Positions 1-13,518 of a stretch of 64,000 bases of DNA are shown piece after piece. The notes under the pieces were generated by a model. The model was given only the letters and a program-made list of their open reading frames with translations, was not told the DNA's origin and made no database searches. Each line of letters opens with the position of its first letter. The first letter of the stretch is position 1. The position numbers and the translations under genes are program-made. This DNA comes from Enoplolaimus lenunculus (taxonomy: Eukaryota): contig JASANG010001881.1 of NCBI GenBank assembly GCA_030248215.1, forward strand, positions 248,001 through 312,000, in the 5' to 3' direction.

Positions 1-3000
1 AAGATAGGATCAACGGAACATAACCGATACTTTGACGTATGTACAACTCGAGTGATTATATTTTGCATACTTTTTTCCTTAATACAATAGGGTTTTCACG
101 GGCACCCTATTGTAGTGACCCGAATAAGAGGGGGGCTGATATTTATTTGGCCTCTCCAAAGCGTACCCCCCCTGTTATTTTGTTACGGACTATTATTTAT
201 TTTTAACCCACGCTTCGCAGCCATTCGTTACTGATATATCCGATACTGCAAATATCCGTTGAATTAAAGGTTTGTTTGTCTTGTGTCAATCGCTTGAGCG
301 ATAATACAGGGTTATACTTATGAATGTACTTTCAAAATTTAAGTACGCTTTAAAGTTTCGAACTAAAATTATTTGGTCCTGGAGTCATTTATGCACTGCA
401 AATAGAAATAACTGCCATTTATGAACTCTAATTTGGGTTTAGGGAATCTATCCGCTCACGGACTTTTATTAGAGATACGGACTCCTATTGATTCGGACCC
501 AAAATGGGGATTCTCCCCCTCTTATTGCCCCCTCTTATTCGGGTCAATCCAGTATGAACGATCTGAATACATATCTTAGTATAATTGTTGCACATGCAAT
601 ACGTCCAAACTTGATATAGTGAATTGCACAATAAAGTATGTATGCTTGCCAGCAGCATAAGTTTCGACATTATATAGTCGACGTTTAATGTTGTTAGGGT
701 TACGGTATACTTTTGTGTGCCGCAGAATGCCGGGCGGCGCCGGCCAACGTCAGGCGAGTATACATAGCGCCACCCTTGAAAAATCGGGCTGCATGAAACC
801 TAGAATGACGTACCTAGGGTTGCCCGACTATTACATTTGCTTAGGCGTAGGCTTAGTTACAGACCTCTTTTTATGCTGAAGTTCAGGCTTAGCCTTATGA
901 ATATGCTAAGATATATACTGTAAGCCCAACAACTCTGGTCATGTTTATCAGGTTTTCCAGCGTTACTGTAACCAAATATAGATTGTGAATGTACACAAGC
1001 GCATGTGAACATATACATTACCTATATGACAGGTAAAAATATATAAAAGTAAGTCAATCAGCTCCATGGTAGTTGGTATAAATACAAATGATGGTTTCAA
1101 TTTTCTGAAGTTTTGAAAAAATATCCGGTAAGTTAAAATACCGGAGCCGATGCTGGATGTCGATGTTTTTGCCGGAACCGGATATCCGGTTGCACCCTAC
1201 TAGGATATGAGATTGGTTGACCTTTCAGTTGGCGCTCAGTCTCAGGCCAATTAACTCGCTCTCTGTAATGATATTCTATATTTTTCCAGATCGAGCGAGT
1301 GAGCTGCATCGAGCTAACACGAGAGTACCAGCTTAAGTTGAATCAATTTTCACAAGCGAAGCCAGCCAGAAGCCATGCCCACAATTTTATTATATGCTAA
1401 CTCCAATAAAAAATTCAGTTCGGAGTGAAATCTAGGTTGATTTGAGATGGAAAGCAAGAAGCAAGACGCAATTTTAGTATTAAATCCGAAAACAAAGTTT
1501 TAGTTTCGTTAATACCCTACAGTGCGAATGTCACACTCCACGTAGTGAGTAAATTTCGCGACTGAAACAAGCCAGAAGCCGGGCGCATTTTCGTAGTTTT
1601 AAACTTTAAAGTTCATTTGTGAGCCCAGTGTGATTTTTAAAAATGATTTTCGTTAAAAACGCTGGGTCTTTTGTAGGCCGCCCTACCGTTTGTTCGAAGG
1701 GGGGTGAGTGCTAAACAAGGCCCTGTGGTGCAGCGTTAGCGCGGTGGCTTATAACGATATGTTGACCTCATTTCCAGCTGCTTAGTAAAAAGTGCTGATA
1801 GTCTTGATACACACAAAATAAATTGTCTTGTAGGTTAAGAAATATTGTGAGAAATTTAAGACAATTATGTCTTGATACAGACACCAGACATATATATGTC
1901 TTGAATTCAAGACCTTTATTTCTTAAATTTTGCAGAAATATTGGTCTAACAGTTTTCACACTTAAATGTCTTAAATTTAAGGCCTTGTTTTATGAACAAT
2001 TAAGAAAAATATTTCTGAAATATAAGACAAACATTTCTTAAAACACAGAGATTTGCCGTGGAAACCGACTTCAAAATCGGGGGATAAAGCTCAACTCAAT
2101 ACCCTAATTTACAACCTAAGATGCGTCCAAGACGTAAATTTATGTTGGGGAAGCCTGAGCTCAACCCGATATATCTTTTAAATTCAATTACTTATATACA
2201 AGCTTAAGAAAATAAACGGAACAACGATTTTAACACATATAAAAATCAGAAAATTATTTCTTGAATATAAGACAACTATTTCTTGAAAGAAAGAAACTTG
2301 TGTCTTAATAAATTGGCAATAGTATTTTCTTGAATATAAGATATTTATGTGTTTAACCATTTAAGAAACGAATTTCTGAGAGCTGTTTAAGACTATTAAT
2401 GTCTGATACACAAGACATTTATGTGCCGAAAATTTACTTTTAATCGCTTCATACATTTTTCAAATGCGGCAGAAGTTTGGAAAATTAGTAAAATGGTGGC
2501 TAATCTGCCTGATAAACACATCTACGCATTTTTCAAAAACTTGTGCTCAAAACATAAATGTGACCCATGCAAAGAACAGGGACCGTAACAGTAGTATAAG
2601 CATATTCCTAAACCTAAGCCTAAACCGAAGCCTAAGAGTAAAACGAGTTTATAGCTAAGCCTAAGTCAAAGTCAAAAAGTTGTCTAAATCATAACTTATT
2701 CTGTTGCGGTTGCGCAGAAAAACGTTTCGCCCCTGATCTTCGTTACATGGACAACAAGTGCACCAAAACAAATTTCAAATATTCTTTTTGTTCTGATTCA
2801 GGTGGTTGTGCCCACTTTGACAATTCAACTAAAACAGGGCTGTGTATTGTGAAGTTCATTTCGTAATGAATTTCATATTACGTAAAGCTTTTAAAAAAAT
2901 TAACTAAAATTACCTACATTTCCTATTTAGAAAGGAATGGTCACGACCAAACGACTATGCGCCTTTAGTCTTGTCAAGTTTTAAAAATTAGCACGCATGA

Positions 3001-6000
3001 TAAGCGCATGTTCTTTATTTGATGTGAGCGTAACCGAGACAATGCAATAGTGCTTTTACGGGCAACGTACGATCCAAAATGTCGGCCCATGTAAAGATCA
3101 GGGACGGAACGTTTTTCTATGAGACTGCAATAAAGTAAGCTTAAGCTTTAGGCGTTTTTTTTGCGTCGGCTTACGCTTCAGGAATAAGATCATTCTTACG
3201 CTTAGACTTTCGTTTATTAATATGCTTATATTACTGTTACGGCCCTGTCGTATACATTAGTCAAAAATGATAAGTGTTTAGTCAGAGTTTGCCTAAAAAT
3301 GGTTCGATTATATATTTTTTCGGAATATTTGAGCTCATTGACTATATAACAACAAAATTGGCAATGTTACTTTAAGGTGCGTAACAGTAAACGTATTCCT
3401 AAGCCTAAACGCTGTAAAAATGGGTTCCTAAGCCTAAGCCTAAGCCTAAGCCTAAGCCTACGCAAAAAAAGTAACCTGAAATTTAAACATACTTTTTAAT
3501 AGACCCACCAGAAACCTGGACGCTCTTTAAAATAACGTGAGCCATAAAATTTAACCTTCTAAATCTGTTTTACTGATCCAAGGATCTCCTTAAGTGAAAA
3601 AATGCATTTGTTCAAATTATTTCAATTAGTTAACTAACGAAGCTTACAGAGCTGTGTCGAATGATTATCAAGTTTTTTCTGCAATGATTCTATTGGTTCA
3701 CAAATTTGGGTCTGAAACAAAAAAGTACAAGCGAAGCGAGCGAGAATGCAAACGCAATTTTAGCACCTCAGAAAGGAATAAATATTGATAGCAACGAAGC
3801 TGCGGACGCCGTCGGCCATTTATTTGGTTTCGACCTTTGTCTCTAGTCCTAATATCTATTAAATCTGCCACCGATGTGAGGATCCGCATAGCACTGCATG
3901 CGTCAGCCTTAACAGACCTTGACACTACAGAATTCCGAGGCCTCATTTAAAATGGCAGGGTCGAAAAATTTTTTTTGAAGGCTCGGGCATAAATCAGCTG
4001 TCCACCTACGAACAAACGCATTTGACAAATGTTTCATAGAAATGTTTCTTATTTCTTGACATCAATTAATTTCCAATTTGATGATTGAGAAATGAAACGA
4101 CCATATTGTCAAAGGCGTAGCTTGGGTTTCAATTCAAGACGGGATTATCCGGCACACATGAAAATCCACAACATTTATTCTAAAAGTATTTTTAAAGTTT
4201 ATTTTCCATGTCTGAAAATATTTCAAACACCAGATGATTGTTGTTGTTTCGTGTGCTTGGGTGGATCCCAACTCAACGTGGTACCACAATTTTAATGATT
4301 TATCGCGTAAATGCGGTTTTTGGTGTATAATTTTTTACAACGTTTTCATTAAATTATAACATATTTCTAACTGACACATTTTTATAAAAAACATCAGATG
4401 ATGTGTAGGCGGTAGCAATTTAGCCTGCAGAAGCCAGCTAAAAAATACGTCAGCATAATGCGAATTGAATGGTGCCAAGGGCCATTGTGACGAACCTAAA
4501 ACGATGGTGCTACCTTCTTCGGTCCAGTCAATATATTCCGAGACAGGATTCTAAAGCTGTTTCGCAGTTTTCGGTTACGACTGTTATATTGCAAACTTTG
4601 AATTAGACTTTAAATTTAGTTTAACCCACCTTGGTTCAATGGACTTAAAAGGAAGGAAAAATAATTGGCAAAGACTGAAAATTATGTCAAATGTTCAGTT
4701 TTTCGTCGAAAGCACATATTTCGCACAATAAAATAACTTCGATTTTTACCGTTCAAAACGCATTACAAAATTGAAAAATTTCTTATTCCGGATCCGGCTT
4801 GAAAATTTAAAATTTTGATTAATTTTTTTAGCCAATGTATAGAGCAGGGTCGTAACAGTAGTATATAAAGCTTATACCTAAAACCTAAGGTATCTTCCGT
4901 GAAATTGATTTCATAACTTAATTTAATTTTCAGGAATGGAGCCCATGTATAGAACAGGGCCGGGTCATTCTCCGGAGGGGCTATAATATAGTCAGTTTAA
5001 GCGTTAGACTTATTTTTTGCTTAGGCTTAGGCTTAGGCTTAGGAATAGGCTCATGGACCAGAAATGTCGTCAATCAGGTGATAGCTGGTTGGTGTGTAAT
5101 TTTTGCCTTTCAATTTTAAATTATTGTTTTAGGCATTCTTGTCTATTTATTTATGTGTTGGGCTTGTGATCAGCGCTGTCTCACAAAATGTCAGTACAGA
5201 AAAATGCTTAAAATTAAACATTTGACTGTTCGAATAGCCGCTGCGTTATGATTTTTGCGATGTAAAACTTGAGGAAATATTTTGCTGCAATTATTTGTAA
5301 TTAAAAATAGCTGAATTTCATACAATTTTAATATATTCGGGTTTGTATTCGGGTTGATATTACATAATGTTTAGTCATGAAATTTTGGGTTTTAAATTCA
5401 CTTTCAGCCGAAGGATTTGTAAATAGCGGGGGTGGAGAACTTTAAGAATGTGTTTGAATGTCAGCGCTATGTGCAAATGGTCGTTAAAGCCCTATTCACA
5501 CGTGCAAGTTTATGCTACGAGAACTCACAGCTGCAATTTGCACAAGTTCCTTGCAGCTGCAAGTATTTGCAAGAAAATATCATTTTCATTTCGAAAATTA
5601 ACATGAATTTATATAAATGATTTGCAGTTGACTGTAATAAATTCCAAGCGTAAGCTATGTATTTGTTCAACCAATGATGATGACTTAATTCGACTGGCAA
5701 ATCTATTCATGCCTACGAATTAATTCTTAGCGCATGTTTATAATGAATAATATGTAGCTGCAAGTTTTAGCTGAAAGAAACAATCACGCATAAAGAAGGC
5801 TCTACTCGACATTTTTTGACTACAAAACGTTTCATAATGATACAATTTCTATTCAGTGCATAAAAATGTAAAACAAGCCCCTGTCACATTCACCGTGGAC
5901 GGCGTAATATCAAATATGTTTGATATTTCAATTAATTCAAGCTTTTTGAATTAATTCAAAAAGTCTGAATTAAATCAAACGCGTTCAACAACAAATCTTC

Positions 6001-7870
6001 CGACTGGCCAATCAAAATACAGGTGCAAGAAATTCAGCCGATTTTCAATTGCGTTCACACGTGCGAATTAATTTTAATAGCACGAATTCCAGTGAATAAT
6101 TTACAGCTGCAAGTGGCCCTGATTAGTAATACAAAATTAATGAAATTAACAGTGGTTTTGTGCTCCGGCCACGGTGAAGATGTTCTCATGAAAATTGTTG
6201 AAACATGGAAAAATTACTTTCAATCGTATTTAATCTTACGGATCGCAGACTTGAAATATTTTAACCGTAAAGTTATTAAATTCCCGAAACCGAATCCTGT
6301 AGCTATGCCGTTAGCTTTGGTGCTTAAAGCGAATAATTTATTATGATTTGTTAAAATTACTGGTCTGTCCTTAATGTTCCGGTTCCAGTGGATACTTTTT
6401 GTGTTTTGAATTTTTACAGTTTTGGACACCTCGTTCCGACAATATTCCGATATTTTACTACGCATTGTAAGCTTCTGATGAATCATTTTACGGAGCATAA
6501 TTTGACGAATGACAGCGCTGATAGGACGGATACATCGCCTACTTAAGGATCCTTCCACTTGTGAGACACCGTTTTCATGAAACACGAATTTGATTGGACA
6601 GTGTTTTTTTGCTTCAGATAACCAATTAAAATGCTAATTTGATTCGGGATATGGCATGGTTTTAAGCTTAAAATAAAACGCATTTAACGTTATTTCAGCT
6701 GGAAGAACGCGTGTCGATGTTTCAGGTTCATGTAATGAAACCGTTTCCAATCTTTACCGTAACCTGTTTGATCGTCGAGGTCAAAACAATTTTCTTGCTC
6801 GCTACATTCGCTGCTCGCAATTCACAATAGATGTATGGTTATATTTTTCCAAATCTGAATTGTTCATTGATAAGGATTTGCTGAAATGTTTACTGTCAAC
6901 TTGAACGACATTTAATAGTCGACCCAGGTGCCGCTGGACTATTTTGAAAAGTAGTGAAATTCGGGTTTAGTGAAAATATATTTTTAAATTACAGATTTAT
7001 ACAAAAATTGAAAAAGAAACCCAGATGAATGAAAGTTACACTGCTTGGCGAACGCCTGCCTGCAACAGTTAAATAAGTAGGCCCATGTATAGAACAGGGC
7101 CGGAACAGTAGTATAAGCATATTCCTAAACTTAAACATAATCCTATGTGTAAGGATAAGCCTATTCCTAATCCCCGAAACGGATATGGCAAAATCTGTGT
7201 CATAGTTTAAACAGTTTTTGACGCAATCTGTGTCATAGTTTAAACAGTTTTTGACGTATTTTTAAGAAGAAAATATACTCAAAATAAATAGCGAGTCGTA
7301 GTAATTAAAATAAACTTGCCTTTAATCAAAGTTATTACCTGTGGTGGAACTTAAAAATTCTGAGAGAGTTTGGGGACACGCAATATATATAATAGTGAAA
7401 AAAGTTCATTAATGACGCGATCGCGAAGCCAAGCGCAATTTTAATGCTAAATATTAATACAAAATTTTGGCTTTGATCCTTGTTGGGGGGGTAAGCCATG
7501 GCGCCCTTTTCTGGATAGCGGTCATTAGAACGCAATTATTCGTTTGCCTGACAGAAAACTTAAATGACCAAAATAGAATTCGTCACATCCCTCAGGGTAA
7601 AATAAGCGGTTTTAGTTGAAAACCTTTGTACGTAAGTCTTTAAACACAGCTTCGTTTAATCATTAATCAGTAACCCGGAATCTATAAATGTGTATATTTA
7701 GCACGTATCATCAGTTAGCGATAGGTTTTGTTACAATCGAACCTGGAGAAATATAAAGTTTCATTGTGTATTTGATTTTCTAAAATGCAGCTTAGAAAAC
7801 ACATTTTCTGAACTTCTGTGTTAAAAGATTATTTTTCGTATTCCTGAATTGGTTGTGTACTGACGAAAAC

Positions 7871-8313
7871 GACCTATGTATAGAACAGGGCCGGAACAGT
7901 AGTATAAAGCATATTTCTACGCCTAAGGCTAACTTAAGCGTACAGATGAGCCTATTCCAAAGCCTAAGCCTAAGCGTAAACCTAAGCGTAAAGATGAGCC
8001 TATTCCTAAGCCTAAGCCTAAGCTTAAACCTAAGCGTAAAGATGAGCCTATTCCTAAGCCTAAACGTAAGCCTAAGCCTAAGCTTAAACCTAAGCGTAAA
8101 GATGAGCCTATTCCTAAGCCTAAGCCTAAGCTTAAACCTAAGCGTAAAGATGAGCCTATTCCTAAGCCTAAACGTAAGCCTAAGCCTGAGTGTAAGAATG
8201 AGTTTATTCCTAAGCCTAAGCCTAAGCCTAAGTACAAAAGTTAGTCTAAAGCTTAAACTGACTCTATTACAGTCCCGCCGGAAAACGACCCGGCCCTGTT
8301 TTATACATGGGCC
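7871..8313. mobile_element. TTAGGC-carrying MITE with internally expanded array
   Basis: Family ends present; interior is repeated units of aaacctaagcgtaaagatgagcctattcctaagcctaagcc; produces the spurious L/S and G/L ORFs 7853..8317 and 7929..8237. Confidence 0.85.
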
Positions 8314-8578
8314 ATGAAGGTTACACAGGAACCCCGGAAATTTTGCGTTAAGTTGACACGTCTGTCTCCATCTGATTGCAAAATGTTCACAAATAACGAA
8401 GTTTAAGTGGAAAACGCCGAACTGAGTTTGTGTGCTTGTTTAGGTTCAGGCTCGCTTTGCATGCTTGTCAGGTTATTCTCTGTTATATTTGGGACGATGC
8501 ATCCGCTTTCAAATTTTTGGATCCACATCCGCTGCAAATGTATAGATTGAACTGAAATACATTTAAGTACAACTCAAA

Positions 8579-8797
8579 ATCCATGTATAGAACGGGGCCG
8601 GAACGTTTTCCTGCTGGGCTGCAATAGAGTCAGTTTATGCTTTAGACTAACTTTTTTGTTTAGGCTGAGGCTTAGGCTTAGACTTCGGCTTAGGAATAGG
8701 CTCATCCTTACGCTTAGGCCCATTCTTAGGCTTAGGCTTAGGCTTTAGGAATACGCTTGTACTACTGTTCCGGCCCTGTTCTTTCAATACATGGGCC
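8579..8797. mobile_element. TTAGGC-carrying MITE (opposite orientation to 7871-8313)
   Basis: ccatgtatagaacggggccggaac ... ggccctgttctttcaatacatgggcc. Confidence 0.8.
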
Positions 8798-9337
8798 AAT
8801 TCAAATATACCGTTGTTTACATCTGTTTATGTTTCTTGTATATGCTGCAATGTTTCACTGAAAAACAGGTGTTTAAAGATTTGAAACTTTTTCAACTGCT
8901 AATTGAAATATTCACTTTTAACTTTAATTGAAAAATCTCTTAAGTTGGTAAACTAACGTCTATTGTGGCACATATTGGTTCGTATTATCAGAGGTCCGAC
9001 TAATCTTTATTGTGAGTAACACGGCTGTAGTACACTTTACCCGATATTTAACGTTATGGCATAGGCTTAGGTTCATGCTTAAGCTTAGGAATAGGCTAAT
9101 GGCAGAGGAGTAGGCTTAGAAAAGTTTTAAGCTTAAACCTGAGCTTATAACCCAGTGTTGGAAAAGTGCCTTTGTATAGAACAGATCTGTTACAGTAGTA
9201 TATGCATATTCTTTCTAATGGAACATCCACGTTAAGATGCATGCACTAATGTAAAAAGGTTCATACCACGCGGTTTGGAACAAGGTACAAATCAATATTC
9301 TAGCGTGGACTTGCGGCACATAATATAGTACACATAG

Positions 9338-9720
9338 CAGGGTACAACCGGAGGTCTGCATCCAGCTCCGGATTCGGCAGAAAATCGGCCTCCGGCTCCG
9401 GCTCCGGTAGGATTTTTGCCGGAGTTTCCGGCAATTTCGGTCGTAAAATTTTGCATAATTTTACAAAATTTATCTGTTTAGCGCGTTTTGTTTTACTTGT
9501 GTCACAATTATCAAGAAAGAATTTCCAAAATTTCGTAGAAATTAGCGTAAAACCAAACATCTTGACAACATATTGCAGATATTGGCTAAAATGAACTCTA
9601 ACCATCATTTTTACTATCTAATTTCACCTCACATCCGGCTCTGGCTCCGGCTCCAACTCCGGCAAGTTTCGTTAATCTCCGGCTCAGGTTCCGGTATTTT
9701 CCATCTAAGGTTGCACCCTG
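9338..9720. mobile_element. hAT-like MITE (cagggtacaacc ... ggttgcaccctg, ctccgg repeats)
   Basis: TIRs plus degenerate 8-bp TSD acacatag/acgcttag; relatives at 14404-14853, 44838-44959 and a fragment ending at 50921. Confidence 0.8.
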
Positions 9721-10027
9721 ACGCTTAGCTAGAGATAAATGTCCCTAGTCCCTTGGAAGGGGGTTGAGACAAGATACTACGTAAGCAGATTGTGTGCGAA
9801 CAACGCACTCAATCGCAAGGGATGGACATTTTTTCACATTGGTGCGTTCAATATAGTGTGGACGACCAATAAGCAAAAGCCTAAGTCTAAGCAAAAATAG
9901 ACTAAAGCTTAAGCTTTACTCTATTGCAGTCATTCAGAAAAACGTTCCATCCTTGATTATTATATGAGCTGAAAAGTGTACAAAAGTAAAAAATTCTGCC
10001 AATTTTAAAATAAACATAAATTGAAAT

Positions 10028-10269
10028 GGCCAATGTTACTTTAAGGGGCGTAACAGTAGATTAAGCGTATTCCTCAGCCTAAGCCAGATCCTAAGCGTTG
10101 CAAGAATGTGTTCTATGCCTAAGTCTAAGCCTAAGCGTTGCAAGAATATGTTCCTAAGCCTAAGCCTAAACCTAATCCTAATCCTAAGCAAAAAGTGTAA
10201 TCTAGAATCTAAGCCTACTCTTTTATAGACCCACCAGAATCCTGGACGCCCCTTAAAGTAACATGGTCC
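10028..10269. mobile_element. TTAGGC-carrying MITE, subfamily with ggccaatgttactttaaggggcg ends
   Basis: Inverted ends; perfect 8-bp TSD ATTGAAAT; ends 45 bp upstream of paralog A ATG. Related copies near 3359-3543, 20076-20236, 24649-24838, 26789-26975. Confidence 0.85.
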
Positions 10270-10314
10270 ATTGAAATTATAAACCAAATTAGGTGTATCT
10301 AAAAACAATCATTA

Positions 10315-10719
10315 ATGTCGAAGCCTAAGCTGCAATCACACAAGGCGTTCGCGTTTTTAATTGCAACGTCGCAATCATCTGTATGGTTATTGCTAATACT
10401 GCATGCAAACTACGGCGCAATTGCAGTCCCGTATCGACTCCGGCCGCATCAAATATTGTTTCGCAGGCCAAGTGGAAAATTTATTATTATGTTTGGAAAA
10501 ACATTAAGCAACTTGTGCTCGAACCCTGTCGCCAGACGAGGACATTGTCGACATTCATTACTGCCAAGTTCGTCTTCAACTGAAATCTCTTTGATGTTGC
10601 CTCCTCCAACAACTGCAACACCGATATTGCAAAGCCCTGTGCCCGTCCGAATGAGCAATTCAGCGATTAAATCGATAATGAAAAACGGCGTGCCGCCTTT
10701 GATGGCCGCAGGCGTGTGA
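10315..10719 (+). CDS. Small putatively secreted protein of unknown family, paralog A (134 aa)
   Basis: Hydrophobic N-terminal stretch (VWLLLIL...AIA). Shares R..QI.FRRP..KF..MF.K, two Cys (C...HC), a Ser/Thr/Pro linker and AIxxIxKNxVPPLMxAGV* with 17576..18010. Shared residues mostly use different synonymous codons. Exact start uncertain. Confidence 0.75.
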   Translation: MSKPKLQSHKAFAFLIATSQSSVWLLLILHANYGAIAVPYRLRPHQILFRRPSGKFIIMFGKTLSNLCSNPVARRGHCRHSLLPSSSSTEISLMLPPPTTATPILQSPVPVRMSNSAIKSIMKNGVPPLMAAGV

Positions 10720-10754
10720 TCGGCCGGGTTTGAAGAAGTAAACTGCAACAAAAA

Positions 10755-11000
10755 TAAAAACAACAACAACAACGACGACGACGACTCCAACAACAACAAC
10801 AACAACAACGACGACGACTCCAACAACAACAACAACGACAACAACAACAACAACGACAACAACAACAACAACGACAACAACAACAACAACGACAACAACA
10901 ACAACAAGGACAACAACAACAACGACTCCAACAACAACAACAACGACAACAACAACGACAACAACAACAACAACGACGACGACGACCACGACGACTCCAA
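10755..11000. repeat. (CAA/CGA)n compound trinucleotide microsatellite downstream of paralog A
   Basis: Directly visible; source of the poly-L, poly-V and poly-C minus-strand ORFs. Confidence 0.95.
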
Positions 11001-12269
11001 CCAAAGCAACGAAAAAACAAGAATGACAACAAATATTTTGCAGTGCGGATCTGGATTACATATTTGGCGTGTCTGCCTTTACAAAACGAACAATTAAAAT
11101 GATGATTTGTTCGTTTTTCGTCAAGGCTGCCACTTGAATCCGTTCCTTTTTAAAATTCTGTACTAAATTCCAGTGAGTTAATTTTAACTGAGAATGAGTT
11201 GAATAAATTCAGAAGTCTGGAGCGCTGAATTTGGTTTTTTCGTCTTTCAGAACTCAGAATTCTTAACTGTTTGAATTCTTTATGAGTTAATAAATGAAGT
11301 CACCCGGAATTAAGAGGGTTTTAATAATCACTGTTATTAACGCAGAAATTGTAATTTTCTCGGTGAGTTGATTAATCAACTCATTGGAATTGACAGTATA
11401 GATATAGACTTCGGTTCAGTAATATGCTGAGATATATGTGTAGAATTAGGCTGAGAACACAGTTAGGCGATTAGTTACACGAAGAATTGTTGTAGATTCG
11501 TATATTTTACATTGCTAATGTACAGTAAAATTAATTAAAAGTGTCAAATTTGTCTAAATAAAAAATTGTCAAATTTTTATTAAATTTTTTATTAATAAAA
11601 ATTTGACAATTTTTTATTGAGATAAATTTAGCAAAATTTTGTTTTGGTAGCGTCAAAATTAGTGAAAGCGTCGCGTTTGTGAAGCAGTGAAATTTTGAAA
11701 TATTTTCATTTTGAATTATAAAGTCTGGGGTATGCGTTTAGGCTGTATTTGGACCTGACAGTATGGTTGCCAGCATACTTCGCACTGTTAATTGGAGTAC
11801 TATACTTTTGGTGATAAAAGTTGTTATTTAATAAATTTTATCTGTCTGTTGCTCGCTATACAATACGCGTTGTGCTATAATCGTCGCGGGCCGCCGGAAG
11901 CCGCCGTCGTCCAGCACGACAAAATTAGACTGACATCATTAGATTTTGCCTATGTTTTTGTTTGCATCTATAGCCGCGCCCGGAAACGTCCAGCGGTGTC
12001 CGGCGGCGTGCGTTGGCGTCCGGCAGTGATAAGTATAGCACATCCCTATCACTAAAATATAGCAATAAATACAAAACAAACAGCGTCTAAAACGTAAAAA
12101 ATTAAAATCCGAATCCTTAAGGATTTAACGAAAACGGGTCTATGCGCTTAGCACTCGACAAATTGAGCGTAACTTTACCAGTATCAATTTTAGAACGGTT
12201 CGAAATTATGGCACACAAAGTTCAGTGTAAACAGTGCGGATTTGAAAGTCTACCATCTATATACTTCAT

Positions 12270-12467
12270 GGTCCATGTATACAACAGGGCCGGAACACTT
12301 TCTTTAGGGACTGTAATAGAGTAAGCTTAAGCTTTAGGCTAACTGTTTTGCTTAGGCTTAGGTTTTAGGCTTAGTCATACGCTCATCCTGACGCTTAGGC
12401 TTAGGCTTAGGCTTAGGCTTAAAAATTTGCTTATGCTACAGTTCCGGACCTGTTCTATACATGAACC
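12270..12467. mobile_element. TTAGGC-carrying MITE
   Basis: Family ends, degenerate 8-bp TSD tacttcat/cgcttcat. Further copies or fragments near 2562-2752, 3084-3262, 4831-5052, 18649-18897, 26239-26483, 38950-39129. Confidence 0.8.
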
Positions 12468-12979
12468 CGCTTCATATTTGCCAAATATAAGCCACAATAC
12501 CTGTTTGCTGCGTATATTGAGGTTGCGGTTTACATATTATTGCTTAATATACCAAAAAACTTAAAGGGTGCTAACTTTTGAACCAGAGACCCTGCAGGTT
12601 AAATTCAGTACCATTGAACTCGGCTGTCTTCGAACCTATCAAACAAGGAACTTCAGCAAATTACAAAGGGTCACATATTCCGTACCTCCGCAGCGAATCC
12701 AACATTTCTGTCTTGATGGAAATCTATCATAATGCATTTAACCGCCCGCAGAAACAATTAAGCAATAGCCAATCATCAAGATTAAAGTTAACTTAAATTG
12801 GCGAAAACACTAAATAAACCGATCCTGTACACCTGATGGATTTAAGTGGACGTTTACCCCAAATTACACTCTTGTGGACATAGAAAAAATTGCCTTAATT
12901 GCTCGTACGACTTTCTCAACACAGAAATTAAGTTTAAGTTGAACCTAAGCTACATCTCCTGATAACAACCGGAAACTTT

Positions 12980-13038
12980 CCCACGGTTCGAACCTGCGAC
13001 CTCAGCCCTCAAAGGCAACGTTATCCACTCGACCATCC
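12980..13038 (-). pseudogene. tRNA-derived fragment / SINE-like head
   Basis: TGGTCGAGTGG (A-box-like) and GGTTCGAACC (B box) at tRNA-like spacing; no convincing cloverleaf. Confidence 0.4.
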
Positions 13039-13310
13039 ATCCATGATGGCGTCTTACTAATTCACGGTATGTACTCTGCGGTATACTGGGTACATGCAAC
13101 AGTATATCAACAACTATATAATATATAAAATATATGCAAATTAGAAATTTTAAACATTAGGAGATCAAAAATAGGTTTGGTGAAAACAGGGCGGGGAGAG
13201 CGAAGTGGATTTCACCAGGGGTCTATTTTTCAACAATCCATCCAAAATATCTCATTTTTCGAAATTAGCGATTGCGCAATTTTAAGAAAATTTAGCTAAT
13301 TTGAAAACCA

Positions 13311-13518
13311 CACTGCAAAAATGTTGAGTCAAATTGACTCGCTCTGAAATAGGCTCTACGGGACTACTCAAACTGAGTCAAATTCGACTTCGCCAGAGTC
13401 AAATTAGACCCACTGAATCGCACGTTTGACTCTGGTGGAGTCGAATTTGACTCAGTTTGTGTAGTCCCGTAGAGCCTATTTCGGACAGAGTCAATTTGAC
13501 TCACAATTTTTTGCAGTG
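13311..13518. repeat. Near-perfect inverted repeat (about 95-bp arms), probably a CACTG-ended MITE
   Basis: cactgcaaaa...gagtcaaattgactc...aaataggctctacgggactac mirrored by gtagtcccgtagagcctattt...gagtcaatttgactc...ttttgcagtg; CA on both sides. Confidence 0.8.

Noticed and set aside
6023..6585. Overlapping ORFs of 107 aa (+) and 121 aa (-)
   Set aside because: Non-ATG starts, partly MITE-derived, no recognisable motif or paralog support.
7853..8317. ORFs of 154 aa (+) and 102 aa (-) rich in LSLS / LGLG
   Set aside because: Translations of the TTAGGC-derived array inside a MITE; the same applies to the LRLRLR-type ORFs at 10036, 21897, 26176, 39001 and 49057.
9300..9608. ORF with PEPEPEADF repeats (similar text at 50817..51110)
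   Set aside because: Comes from ctccgg subterminal repeats of a hAT-like MITE; no transposase motifs.
10449..11032. Poly-Leu, poly-Val and poly-Cys minus-strand ORFs
   Set aside because: Stop-free readings of the CAA microsatellite, antisense to paralog A.
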